Positions 1-17,570 of a DNA stretch of 64,000 nt are shown in pieces. A program made the translations under genes and the position numbers. Source of the DNA: the human T2T-CHM13v2.0 reference genome, Homo sapiens. Positions within the stretch are counted from its first letter, which is position 1, and every line of letters starts with the position of its first letter. The notes under the pieces were generated by a model that was not told where the DNA came from, did no database searches, and worked only from the letters and a program-made list of their open reading frames with translations. The stretch lies in NCBI RefSeq assembly GCF_009914755.1, contig NC_060948.1. One strand, written 5' to 3'.

Positions 1-352
1 TATATAATCATATATAATTATTTATATTCTATAAAAAATTATATCATTATATAAATTATAATATATAAAAATTATAACATGTACTACAAATATATATATT
101 ATATATCATATATGATATAGCACCTTTGTTATATATCATAATACATACAAATGTGTATTATGTTATCTATAATTTTAAAATTTCATATATAAGATGTATA
201 ATATGTATTATATATTATATATGTTATGTAATATATATAGTATATATAAGATGACACAGGATAAATATTATATACTATGACATATAAAATATATGAGGTT
301 ATATGTTACGTATAAGGCATAGCACATAACACGTAATATATATCATATATAA

Positions 353-644
<292 letters not shown>

Positions 645-1212
645 AGATCCATATTTTTTAAAAGAAAAAAAATTTCAAAGGTACTCTGCTTGGTACAATA
701 ATCAAATGTATAAACTGAGGAATAAAACATAACCATGAAACCTACTTATAACTGTATACGGAAAATACAGAGGATAATTTTTTAAATAACATATTTTGAA
801 AGCCTTAACTAGTAATTTGAAGAGTTGGCATTTGAAAGGCCAGTTTGAATATACCTTCAAAGCATCAACACAGGTTCCCCATGAGAAAAAGCAAACTCAG
901 GGAAAATAAAACCACAAAGGTTCAATCTCTTCTGACCTTTGAAAGACACAGCACAGACAGTGGTCCTTAGGACGAAGAGCAGGAGACCCCTAATTCCGTC
1001 ACCATGGCGATAGGGCATAAACATTGCTGGGTGAGGGCACAATCCACATTGTGAGGTCCAACTGCTGCCAGGAAGACAGGAGTGCTTTTACATAGACCGA
1101 AAGGTCATTGAAGGCTCAGAGTTTTGTTTCAAGAACTGAATCCCAAGCCCACACGTTATTAGGCTGCGCTTCTTAAAACAAGTTATGAGATGGGAAAAAG
1201 GGCACCCACAAA
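645..1212. repeat. HSATI module of DYZ2 unit 1 (representative; the same ~570 bp module follows each of the 24 Alus)
   Basis: Complex, moderately GC sequence from AGATCCATATTTTTT to GGGCACCCACAAA, repeated in every unit. The name comes from known DYZ2 composition; boundaries are approximate. Confidence 0.85.
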
Positions 1213-2774
1213 CATTCGTATACATTATTTATATAATAATATACAGTATCATATATATAATATATATAACCTATGTATAATATTGTTTTACATCCTGCAT
1301 CTTATAATATATATATTGTATAAAATATAATAATTGATAATATATAAGTTTTATATTTATACAATATGACATATAGTATATATTATAATTTATGACATAT
1401 ATAATATATGTTATATATCATATATAGAATATATTATACGGTTAATATACGTATTAAATATAAATTATACATTGTATATATTATATATTATATATCTGTT
1501 ATATATAATACCCATTATGCATAATATATATGTTATGTCTATGTTATATATAGTATAAAACAACATATAATAATATATAATTGTATATATAAAATGCGAC
1601 ATATAATATATATTATATTTTGTGACATATGTAATATATATTATATAGTATATATAATACGTTGTATGTATAATACCTATATTAAATATATATTATATGA
1701 CTATGTTATTAATTACATGTCACATATGTTATATATTATATATTTTACATAGAATATACCGGTTACATACAATATATACTATGTTACCTATAATGTATAA
1801 TTGATTACATGTAAAATAAAGAATGCAATATATTGTGTACAATTTATAATATACAATATGTGGAATGTGATATATATAACATATAATGTATGATATAAGA
1901 TATACAGTATATGATATATAACATACAATATATGATACCTAATATATATGGTATACAATTTATATTTTATGATATGTATTCTATATGTTTTATATTCTGT
2001 TATATATAACTATTTGAAATTATATATAACTGTATAATATTTTATGTAAATATGTAATATAATATATATAACCATATAATATATTATATATAACTATATA
2101 TTATGTTATATATACTTTTATAACATAATTTACATAAAATATCATAATATAATATATATTATATTATTTCATATTACATAATATATATTACATATCACCC
2201 AATATAATTAACATACATAATATTATAATATAGATTATATTATGTTATATTAAATATCATATATATCATGTATCATATATTCTATAATATATATTATACA
2301 TTATATAATATGTATGTTGTCTATTATGTGATATATATAACTATATATATATAATTATATTATTATACATATAACTAGATAAACATGTAATTCGACATAT
2401 TTTCATTTATAATATATAGAATTATATAATCATATATAATTATTTATATTCTATAAAAAATTATATCATTATATACATTATAATATATAAAAATTATAAC
2501 ATGTACTACAAATATATATATTATATATCATATATGATATAGCACCTTTGTTGTATATCATAATACATATAAATGTGTATTATGTTATCTATAATTATAA
2601 AATTTCATATATAAGATGTATAATGTGTATTATATATTATATATGTTATGTAATATATGTAGTATATATAAGATGACACAGGATAAATATTATATACTAT
2701 GACATATAAAATATATGAGGTTATATGTTACATATAAAGCATAGCACATAACACGTAATATATATCATATATAA
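1213..2774. repeat. AT-rich low-complexity module of DYZ2 (representative; ~1.56 kb in each unit)
   Basis: Degenerate TA/TATAA/CATAT sequence lying between HSATI and the next Alu poly(T). Confidence 0.92.
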
Positions 2775-3065
2775 TTTTTTTTAGACAGAGTCTTGTCCTG
2801 TTGCACAGGGTGGAGTAAAATGACGCCATGTTTGCTCACTGCAACATCTGCATCACGGGTCCAAGCGATTGTCCTCCCTCAGCCTCCCAGGTAGCTGGGA
2901 CTACACCACACTGGGTCTACACCAGCTGCCACCATACCTAGCTAATTTTTTGGGATTTTATTAATGACAGCGTTTCACTGTATTGGCCAGGATGGTCTTG
3001 ATCTCTTCACCTTGTGATCCCCTTGCCTTGGCCTCCAAATTTGCTGGGATTACAGGCCTGAGCCA
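2775..3065 (-). mobile_element. Alu, DYZ2 unit 2
   Basis: Copy of the unit 1 Alu; T8 tail. Confidence 0.95.
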
Positions 3066-5170
3066 AGATCCATATTTTTTAAAAGAAAAAAAATTTCAAA
3101 GGTACTCTGCTTGGTACAATAATCAAATGTATAAACTGAGGAATAAAACATAACCATGAAACCTACTTATAACTGTATACGGAAAATACAGAGGATAATT
3201 TTTTAAATAACATATTTTGAAAGCCTTAACTAGTAATTTGAAGAGTTGGCATTTGAAAGGCCAGTATGACTATACCTTCAAAGCAGCAACACAGGTTCCC
3301 CATGAGAAAAAGCAAACTCAGGGAAAATAAAACCACAAAGGTTCCATCTCTTCTGACCTTTGAAAGACACAGCACAGACAGTAGTCCTTAGGACGAAGAG
3401 CAGGAGACCCCTAATTCCGTCACCATGGCGATAGGGCATAAACATTGCTGGGTGAGGGCACAATCCACATTGTGAGGTCCAACTGCTGCCAGGAAGACAG
3501 GAGTGCTTTTACATAGACCGAAAGGTCATTGAAGGCTCAGAGTTTTGTTTCAAGAACTGAATCCCAAGCCCACACGTTATTAGGCTGCGCTTCTTAAAAC
3601 AAGTTATGAGATGGGAAAAAGGGCACCCACAAACATACGTATACATTATGTATATAATAATATACAGTATCATATATATAATATATATAACCTATGTATA
3701 ATATTGTTTTACATCCTGCATCTTATGTTATATATATTGTATAAAATATAATAATTGATAATATATAAGTTTTATAATTATACAATATGACATATAGTAT
3801 ATATTATAATTTATGACATATATAATATATGTTATATATCATATATAGAATATATTATACGGTTAATATACGTATTAAATATAAATTATACATTATATAT
3901 ATTATATATAATATATCTGTTATATATAATACCCATTATGCATAATATATATGTTATGTCTATGTTATATATAGTATAAAACAACATATAATAATATATA
4001 ATTGTACATATAAAATGTGACATATAATATATATTATATTTTATAACATATGTAATATATATTATATATTATATATAATACGTTGTATGTATAATACCTA
4101 TATTAAATATATATTATATGACTATGTTATTAATTACATGTCACATGTGTTATATATTATATATTTTACATAGAATATACCGGTTACATACAATATATAC
4201 TATGTTACCTATAATGTATAATTTATTACATGTAAAATAAAGAATGCAATATATTATGTATAATTTATAATATACAATATGTGGAATGTGATATATATAA
4301 CATATAATATATGATATATGATATACAGTATATGATATATAACATACAATATATGATTCCTAATATATATGGTATACAATATATATTTTATGATATGTAT
4401 TCTATATGTTTTATATTCTGTTATATATAACTATTTGAAATTATATATAACTGTATAATATTTTATGTAAATATGTAATATAATATATATAACTATATAA
4501 TATATTATATATAACTATATATTATGTTATATATACTTTTATAACATAATTTACATAAAATATCATAATATAATATATATTATATTATTTCATATTACAT
4601 AATATATATTACATATCACCCAATATAACTAACATACATAATATTATAATATAGATTATATTGTGTTATATTAAATATCATATATATCATGTATCATATA
4701 TTCTATAATATATATTACACATTATATCATATGTATGTTGTCTATTATGTGATATATATAACTCTATATATAATTATATTTTTATACATATAACTAGATA
4801 AACATGTAATTCTACCTATTTTCATTTATAATATGTAGAATTATATAATCATATATAATTATTTATATTCTATAAAAAATTTTATCATTATATAAATTAT
4901 AATATATAAAAATTATAATATGTACTACAAATATATATATTATATATCATATATGATATAGTACCTTTGTTATATATCATAATACATATAAATGTGTATT
5001 ATGTTATCTATAATTATATAATTTCATATATAAGATGTATAATATGTATCATATATTATATATGTTATGTAATATATACAGTATATATAAGATGACACAG
5101 GATAAATATTATATACTATGACATATAAAATATATGAGGTTATATGTTACATATAAGGCATAGCACATAA

Positions 5171-5485
<315 letters not shown>

Positions 5486-7582
5486 AGATCCATATTTTTT
5501 AAATGAAAAAAAATTTCAAAAGTACTCTGCTTGGTACAATAATCAAATGTATAAACTGAGGAATAAAACATAACCATGAAACCTACTGATAACTGCATAT
5601 GGAAAATACAGAGGATAATTTTTTAAATAACATATTTTGAAAGCCTTAACTAGTAATTTGAAGAGTTGGCATTTGAAAGGCCAGTATGAATATACCTTCA
5701 AAGCAGCAACACAGGTTCCCCATGAGAAAAAGCAAACACAGGGGAAATAAAAACACAAAGGTTCAATCTCTTCTGACCTTTGAAAGACACAGCACAGACA
5801 GTGGTCCTTAGGACGAAGAGCAGGAGACCCCTAATTCCGTCACCATGGCGATAGGGCATAAACATTGCTGGGTGAGGGCACAATCCACATTGTGAGGTCC
5901 AACTGCTGCCAGGAAGACAGGAGTGCTTTTACATAGACCGAAAGGTCATTGAAGGCTCAGAGTTTTGTTTCAAGAACTGAATCCCAAGCCCACACGTTAT
6001 TAGGCTGCGCTTCTTAAAACAAGTTATGAGATGGGAAAAAGGGCACCCACAAACATACGTATACATTATGTATATAATAATATACAGTATCATATATATA
6101 ATATATATAACCTATGTATAATATTGTTTTACATCCTGCATCTTATTTTATATATATTATATAAAATATAATAATTGATAATATATAAGTTTTATAATTA
6201 TACAATATGACATATAGTATATATTATAATTTATGACATATATAATATATGTTATATATCATATATAGAATATATTATACGGTTAATATACGTATTAAAT
6301 ATAAATTATACATTATATATATTATATATAATATATCAGTTATATATAATACCCATTATGCATAATATATATATTATGTCTATATTATATATAGTATAAA
6401 ACAACATATAATAATATATAATTGTATATATAAAATGCGACATATAATATATATTATATTTTATAACATATGTAATATATATTATATATAATACGTTGTA
6501 TGTATAATACCTATATTAAATATATATTATATGACTATGTTATTAATTACATGTCACATGTGTTATATATTATATATTTTACATAGAATATACCGGTTAC
6601 ATACAATATATACTATGTTTCCTATAATGTATAATTTATTACATGTAAAATAAAGAATGCAATATATTATGTAAAATTTATAACATACAATATGTGGAAT
6701 GTGATATATATAACATATAATATATGATATATGATATACAGTATATCATATATAATATACAATATATGATTCCTAATATATATGGTATACAATATATATT
6801 TATGATATGTATTCTATATGTTTTATATTCTGTTATATATAACTATTTGAAATTACATATAACTGTATAATATTTTATGTAAATATGTAATATAATATAT
6901 ATAACTATATAATATATTATATATAACTATATATTATGTTATATATACTTTTATAACATAATTTACATAAAATATCATAATATAATATATATTATATTAT
7001 TTCATATTACATAATATATATTACATATCACCCAATATAACTAACATACATAATATTATAATATAGATTATATTATGTTATATTAAATATCATATATATC
7101 ATGTATCATATATTCTATAATATATATTACACATTATATAATATGTATGTTGTCTATTATGTGATATATATAACTATATATATAATTATATATTTATACA
7201 TATAACTAGATAAACATGTAATTCTACATATTTTCATTTATAATATGTAGAATTATATAATCATATATAATTATTTATATTCTATAAAAAATTTTATCAT
7301 TATATAAATTATAATATATAAAAATTATAATATGTACTACAAATATATATATTATATATCATATATTATATAGTACCTTTGTTATATATCATAATACATA
7401 TAAATGTGTATTATGTTATCTATAATTATATAATTTCATATATAAGATGTATAATATGTATCATATATTATATATGTTATGTAATATATACAGTATATAT
7501 AAGATGACACAGGATAAATATTATATACTATGACATATAAAATATATGAGGTTATATGTTACATATAAGGCATAGCACATAA

Positions 7583-7897
<315 letters not shown>

Positions 7898-10002
7898 AGA
7901 TCCATATTTTTTAAATGAAAAAAAATTTCAAAGGTACTCTGCTTGGTACAATAATCAAATGTATAAACTGAGGAATAAAACATAACCATGAAACCTACTT
8001 ATAACTGCATATGGAAAATACAGAGGATAATTTTTTAAATAACATATTTTGAAAGCCTTAACTAGTAATTTGAAGAGTTGGCATTTGAAAGGCCAGTATG
8101 AATATACCTTCAAAGCAGCAACACAGGTTCCCCATGAGAATAAGCAAACACAGGGGAAATAAAAACACAAAGGTTCAATCTCTTCTGACCTTTGAAAGAC
8201 ACAGCACAGACAGTGGTCCTTAGGACGAAGAGCAGGAGACCCCTAATTCCGTCACCATGGCGATAGGGCATAAACATTGCTGGGTGAGGGCACAATCCAC
8301 ATTGTGAGGTCCAACTGCTGCCAGGAAGACAGGAGTGCTTTTACATAGACCGAAAGGTCATTGAAGGCTCAGAGTTTTGTTTCAAGAACTGAATCCCAAG
8401 CCCACACGTTATTAGGCTGCGCTTCTTAAAACAAGTTATGAGATGGGAAAAAGGGCACCCACAAACATACGTATACATTATGTATATAATAATATACAGT
8501 ATCATATATATAATAAATATAACCTATGTATAATATTGTTTTACATCCTGCATCTTATGTTATATATATTGTATAAAATATAATAATTGATAATATATAA
8601 GTTTTATAATTATACAATAAGACATACAGTATATATTATAATTTATGACATTTATAGTATATGTTATATATCATATATAGAATATATTATACGGTTAATA
8701 TACGTATTAAACATAAATTATACATTATATATATTATATATAATATATCTGTTATATATAATACCCATTATGCATAATATATATATTATGTCTATGTTAT
8801 ATATAGTATAAAACAACATATAATAATATATAATTGTATATATAAAATGCCACATATAATATATATTATATTTTCTAACATATGTAATATATATTATATA
8901 TTATATATAATACGTTGTATGTATAATACCTATATTAAATATATGTTATATGACTATGTTATTAATTACATGTCACATGTGTTATATATTATATAGTTTA
9001 CATAGAATATACCGGTTACATACAATATATACTATGTTACGTATAATGTATAATTTATTACATGTAAAATAAAGAATGCAATATATTATGTATAATTTAT
9101 AATATACAATATGTGGAATGTGATATATATAACATATAATATATGATATATGATATACAGTATATGATATATAACATACAATATATGATTCCTAATATAT
9201 ATGGTATACAATATATATTTTATGATATGTATTCTATATGTTTTATATTCTGTTATATATAACTATTTGAAATTATATATAACTGTATAATATTTTATGT
9301 AAATATGTAATATAATATATATAACTATATAATATATTATATATAACTATATATTATGTTATATATTCTTTTATAACATAATTTACATAAAATATCATAA
9401 TATAATATATATTATATTATTTCATATTACATAATATATATTACATATCACCCAATATAACTATCATACATAATATTATAATATAGATTATATTATGTTA
9501 TGTTAAATATCATATATATCATGTATCATATATTCTATAATATATATTACACATTATATAATATGTATGTTGTCTATTATGTGATATATATAACTCTATA
9601 TATAATTATATTTTTATACATATAACTAGATAAACATGTAATTCTACATATTTTCATTTATAATATGTAGAATTATATAATCATATATAATTATTTATAT
9701 TCTATAAAAAATTTTATCATTATATAAATTATAATATATAAAAATTATAATATGTACTACAAATATATATACTATATATCATATATGATATAGTACCTTT
9801 GTTATATATCATAATACATATAAATGTGTATTATGTTATCTATAATTATATAATTTCATATATAAGATGTATAATATGTATCATATATTATATATGTTAT
9901 GTAATATATATAGAATATATAAGATGACACAGGATAAATATTATATACTATGACATATAAAATATATGAGGTTATATGTTACATATAAGGCATAGCACAT
10001 AA

Positions 10003-10317
<315 letters not shown>

Positions 10318-12438
10318 AGATCCATATTTTTTAAATGAAAAAAAATTTCAAAGGTACTCTGCTTGGTACAATAATCAAATGCATAAACTCAGGAATAAAA
10401 CATAACCATGAAACCTACTTATAACTGCATATGGAAAATACAGAGGATAATTTTTTAAATAACATATTTTGAAAGCCTTAACTAGTAATTTGAAGAGTTG
10501 GCATTTGAAAGGCCAGTATGAATATACCTTCAAAGCAGCAACACAGGTTCCCCATGAGAAAAAGCAAACACAGGGAAAATAAAACCACAAAGGTTCAATC
10601 TCTTCTGACCTTTGAAAGACACAGCACAGACAGTGGTCCTTAGGACGAAGAGCAGGAGACCCCTAATTCCGTCACCATGGCGATAGGGCATAAACATTGC
10701 TGGGTGAGGGCACAATCCACATTGTGAGGTCCAACTGCTGCCAGGAAGACAGGAGTGCTTTTACATAGACCGAAAGGTCATTGAAGGCTCAGAGTTTTGT
10801 TTCAAGAACTGAATCCCAAGCCCACACGTTATTAGGCTGCGCTTCTTAAAACAAGTTATGAGATGGGAAAAAGGGCACCCACAAACATACGTATACATTA
10901 TGTATATAATAATATACAGTATCATATATATAATATATATAACCTATGTATAATATTGTTTTACATCCTGCATCTTATGTTATATATATTGTATAAAATA
11001 TAATAATTGATAATATATAAGTTTTATAATTATACAATACGACATATAGTATATATTATAATTTATGACATATATAATATATGTTATATATCATATATAG
11101 AATATATTATACGGTTAATATACGTATTAAATATAAATTATACATTATATATATTATATATAATATATCTGTTATATATAATACCCATTATGCATAATAT
11201 ATATATTATGTCTATGTTATATATAGTATAAAACAACATATAATAATATATAATTGTATATATAAAATGCGACATATAATATATATTATATTTTATAACA
11301 TATGTAATATATATTATATATAATACGTTGTATGTATAATACCTATATTAAATATATATTATATGACTATGTTATTAATTACATGTCACATGTGTTATAT
11401 ATTATATATTTTACATAGAATATACCGGTTATATACAATATATACTATGTTACCTATAATGTATAATTTATTACATGTAAAATAAAGAATGCAATATATT
11501 ATGTATAATTTATAATATACAATATGTGGAATGTGATATATATTACATATAATATATGATATATGATATACAGTATATGATATATAACATACAATATATG
11601 ATACCTAGTATATATGGTATACAATATATATTTTATGATATGTATTCTATATGTTATATATTCTGTTATATATAACTGTTTGAAATTATATATAACTGTA
11701 TAATATTTTATGTAAATATGTAATATAATATATATAACTATATAATATATTATATATAACTATATATTATGTTATATATACTTTTATATCATAATTTACA
11801 TAAAATGTCATAATATAATATATAATATATTATTTCATATTACATAATATATATTACATATCACCCAATATAAGTAACATACATAATATTATAATATAGA
11901 TTATATTATGTTATGTTAAATATCATATATATCATGTATCATATATTCTATAATATATATTATATATTATATAATATGTATGTTGTCTATTATGTGATAT
12001 ATATAAGTATATATAATTATATTATTATACATATAACTAGATAAACATGTAATTCTACATATTTTCATTTATAATATATAGAATTATATAATCATATATA
12101 ATTATTTATATTCTATAAAAAATTATATCATTATATAAATTATAATATATAAAAATTATAATATGTACTACAAATATATATATATTATATATCATATATG
12201 ATATAGTACCTTTGTTATATATCATAATACATATAAATGTGTATTATGTTATCTATAATTATATAATTTCATATATAAGATGTATAATATGTATCATATA
12301 TTATATATGTTATGTAATATATATAGTATATATAAGCTGACACAGGATAAATATTATATACTATGACATATAAAATATATGAGGTTATATGTTACATAGA
12401 AGGCATAGCACATAACATGTAATATATATCATATATAA

Positions 12439-12730
<292 letters not shown>

Positions 12731-14835
12731 AGATCCATATTTTTTAAATGAAAAAAAATTTCAAAGGTACTCTGCTTGGTACAATAATCAAATGTATAAA
12801 CTGAGGAATAAAACATAACCATGAAACCTACTTATAACTGCATATGGAAAATACAGAGGATAATTTTTTAAATAACATATTTTGAAAGCCTTAACTAGTA
12901 ATTTGAAGAGTTGGCATTTGAAAGGCCAGTATGAATATACCTTCAAAGCAGCAACACAGGTTCCCCATGAGAAAAAGCAAAGACAGGGAAAATAAAACCA
13001 CAAACGTTCAATCTCTTCTGACCTTTGAAAGACACAGCACAGACAGTGGTCCTTAGGACGAAGAGCAGGAGACCCCTAATTCCGTCACCATGGCGATAGG
13101 GCATAAACATTGCTGGGTGAGGGCACAATCCACATTGTGAGGTCCAACTGCTGCCAGGAAGACAGGAGTGCTTTTACATAGACCGAAAGGTCATTGAAGG
13201 CTCAGAGTTTTGTTTCAAGAACTGAATCCCAAGCCCACACGTTATTAGGCTGCGCTTCCTAAAACAAGTTATGAGATGGGAAAAAGGGCACCCACAAACA
13301 TACGTATACATTATGTATATAATAATATACAGTATCATATATATAATATATATAACCTATGTATAATATTGTTTTACATCCTGCATCTTATATTATATAT
13401 ATTGTATAAAATATAATAATTGATAACATATAAGTTTTATATTTATACAAAATGACATATAGTATATATTATAATTTATGACATATATAATATGTGTTAT
13501 ATAACATATATAGAATATATTATACGGTTAATATACGTATTAAATATAAATTATACATTATATATATTATATATAATATATCTGTTATATATAATACCCA
13601 TTATGAATAATATATATATTATGTGTATGTTATATATAGTATAAAACAACACATAATAATATATAATTGTATATATAAAATGCGACATATAATATATATT
13701 ATATTTTATGACATATGTAGTATATATTATATATTATATATAATACCTTGTATGTATAATACCTATATTAAATATATATTATATGACTATGTAATTAATT
13801 ACATGTCACATATGATATATATTATATATTTTACATAGAATATACCGGTTACATACAATATATACTATGTTACCTATAATGTATAATTTATTACATGTAA
13901 AATAAAGAATGCAATATATTATGTAAAATTTATAATATAAAATATGTGGAATGTGATATATATAACACATAATATATGATATATGATATACAGAATATGA
14001 TATATAACATACAATATATGATACCTAATATATATGGTATACATTATATATTTTATGATATGTATTCTATATGTTTTATATTCTGTTATATATAACTATT
14101 TGAAATTATATATAACTGTATAATATTTTATGTAAATATGTAATATAATATATATAACTATATAATATATTATATATAACTATATATTATGTTATATATA
14201 CTTTTATAACATAATTTACATAAAATATCATAATATAATATATATTATATTATTTCATATTACATAATATATATTACATATCACCCAATATAAGTAACAT
14301 ACATAATATTAAATTATATATTATATTACGTTATATTAAATATCATATATATCATGTATCATATAGTATATAATATATATTCTACATTATATAATATGTA
14401 TGTTGTCTATTACGTGATATCTATAACTGTATATATAATTACATTATTATACATATAACTAGATAAACATGTAATTCTACATATTTTCATTTATAATATA
14501 TAGAATTATATAATCATATATAATTATTTATATTCTATAAAAAATTATATCATTATATAAATTATAATATATAAAAATTATAACATGTACTACAAATATA
14601 TATATTATATATCATATATGATATAGTACCTTTGTTATATATCATAATACATATAAATGTGTATTATGTTATCTATAATTATATAATTTCATATATAAGA
14701 TGTATAATATGTATTATATATTATATATGTTATGTAATATATATAGTATATATAAGATGACACAGGATAAATATTATATACTATGACATATAAAATATAT
14801 GAGGTTATATGTTACATATAAGGCATAGCACATAA

Positions 14836-15150
<315 letters not shown>

Positions 15151-17278
15151 AGATCCATATTTTTTAAAAGAAAAAAAATTTCAAAGGTACTCTGCTTGGT
15201 ACAATAATCAAATGTATAAACTGAGGAATAAAACATAACCATGAAACCTACTTATAACTGTATACGGAAAATACAGAGGATAATTTTTTAAATAACATAT
15301 TTTGAAAGCCTTAACTAGTAATTTGAAGAGTTGGCATTTGAAAGGCCAGTATGAATATACCTTCAAAGCAGCAACACAGGTTCCCCATGAGAAAAAGCAA
15401 ATTCAGGGAAAATAAAACCACAAAGGTTCAATCTCTTCTGACCTTTGAAAGACACAGCACAGACAGTGGTCCTTAGGACGAAGAGCAGGAGACCCCTAAT
15501 TCCGTCACCATGGCGATAGGGCATAAACATTGCTGGGTGAGGGCACAATCCACATTGTGAGGTCCAACTGCTGCCAGGAAGACAGGAGTGCTTTTACATA
15601 GACCGAAAGGTCATTGAAGGCTCAGAGTTTTGTTTCAAGAACTGAATCCCAAGCCCACACGTTATTAGGCTGCGCTTCTTAAAACAAGTTATGAGATGGG
15701 AAAAAGGGCACCCACAAACATATGTATACATTATGTATATAATAATATACAGTATCATATATAAAATATGTATAACCTATGTATAATATTGTTATACATC
15801 CTGCATCTTATATTATATATATTGTATAAAATATAATAATTGATAATATATAAGTTTTATATTTATACAATATGACATATAGTATATATTATAATTTATG
15901 ACATATATAATATATGTTATATATCATATATAGAATATATTATACGGTTAATATACGTATTAAATATAAATTATACTTTATATATATTATATATAATATA
16001 TCTGTTATATAAAATACCCATTATGCATAATATATATGTTATGTCTATGTTATATATAGTATAAAACAACATATAATAATATATAATTGTATATATAAAA
16101 TGCGACATATAATATATATTATATTTTGTGACATATGTAATATATATTATATATTATATATAATACGTTGTATGTATAATACCTATATTAAATATATATT
16201 ATATGACTATGTTATTAATTACATGTCACATATGTTATATATTATATATTTTACATAGAATATACCGGTTACATACAATATATACTATGTTACCTATAAT
16301 GTATAATTGATTACATGTAAAATAAAGAATGCAATATATTATGTATAATTTATAATATACAATATGTGGAATGTGATATATATAACATATAATGTATGAT
16401 ATAAGATATACAGTATATGATATATAATATACAATATATGATACCTAATATATATGGTATACAATTTATATTTTATGATATGTATTCTATATGTTTTATA
16501 TTCTGTTATATATAACTATTTGAAATTATATATAACTGTATAATATTTTATGTAAATATGTAATATAATATTTATAACCATATAATATATTATATATAAC
16601 TATATATTATGTTATATATACTTTTATAACATAATTTACATAAAATATCATAATATAATATATATTATATTATTTCATATTACATAATATATATTACATA
16701 TCACCCAATATAATTAACATACATAATATTATAATATAGATTATATTATGTTATATTAAATATCATATATATCATGTATCATATATTCTATAATATATAT
16801 TATACATTATATAATATGTATGTTGTCTATTATGTGATTTATATAACTATATATATAATTATATTATTATACATATAACTAGATAAACATGTAATTCGAC
16901 ATATTTTCATTTATAATATATAGAATTATATAATCATATATAATTATTTATATTCTATAAAAAATTATATCATTATAAAAATTATAATATATAAAAATTA
17001 TAACATGTACTACAAATATATATATTATATATCATATATGATATAGCACCTTTGTTATATATCATAATACATACAAATGTGTATTATGTTATCTATAATT
17101 GTAAAATTTCATATATAAGATGTATAATGTGTATTATATATTATATATGTTATGTAATATATGTAGTATATATAAGATGACACAGGATAAATATTATATA
17201 CTATGACATATAAAATATATGAGGTTATATGTTACGTATAAGGCATAGCACATAACACGTAATATATATCATATATAA

Positions 17279-17570
<292 letters not shown>

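Noticed and set aside
1857-1872. TGGAATG within the AT module as a homology seed for joining to HSat3
   Set aside because: In the terminal unit this motif is at ~57396, about 250 bp before the actual junction, so it was not used at the breakpoint.
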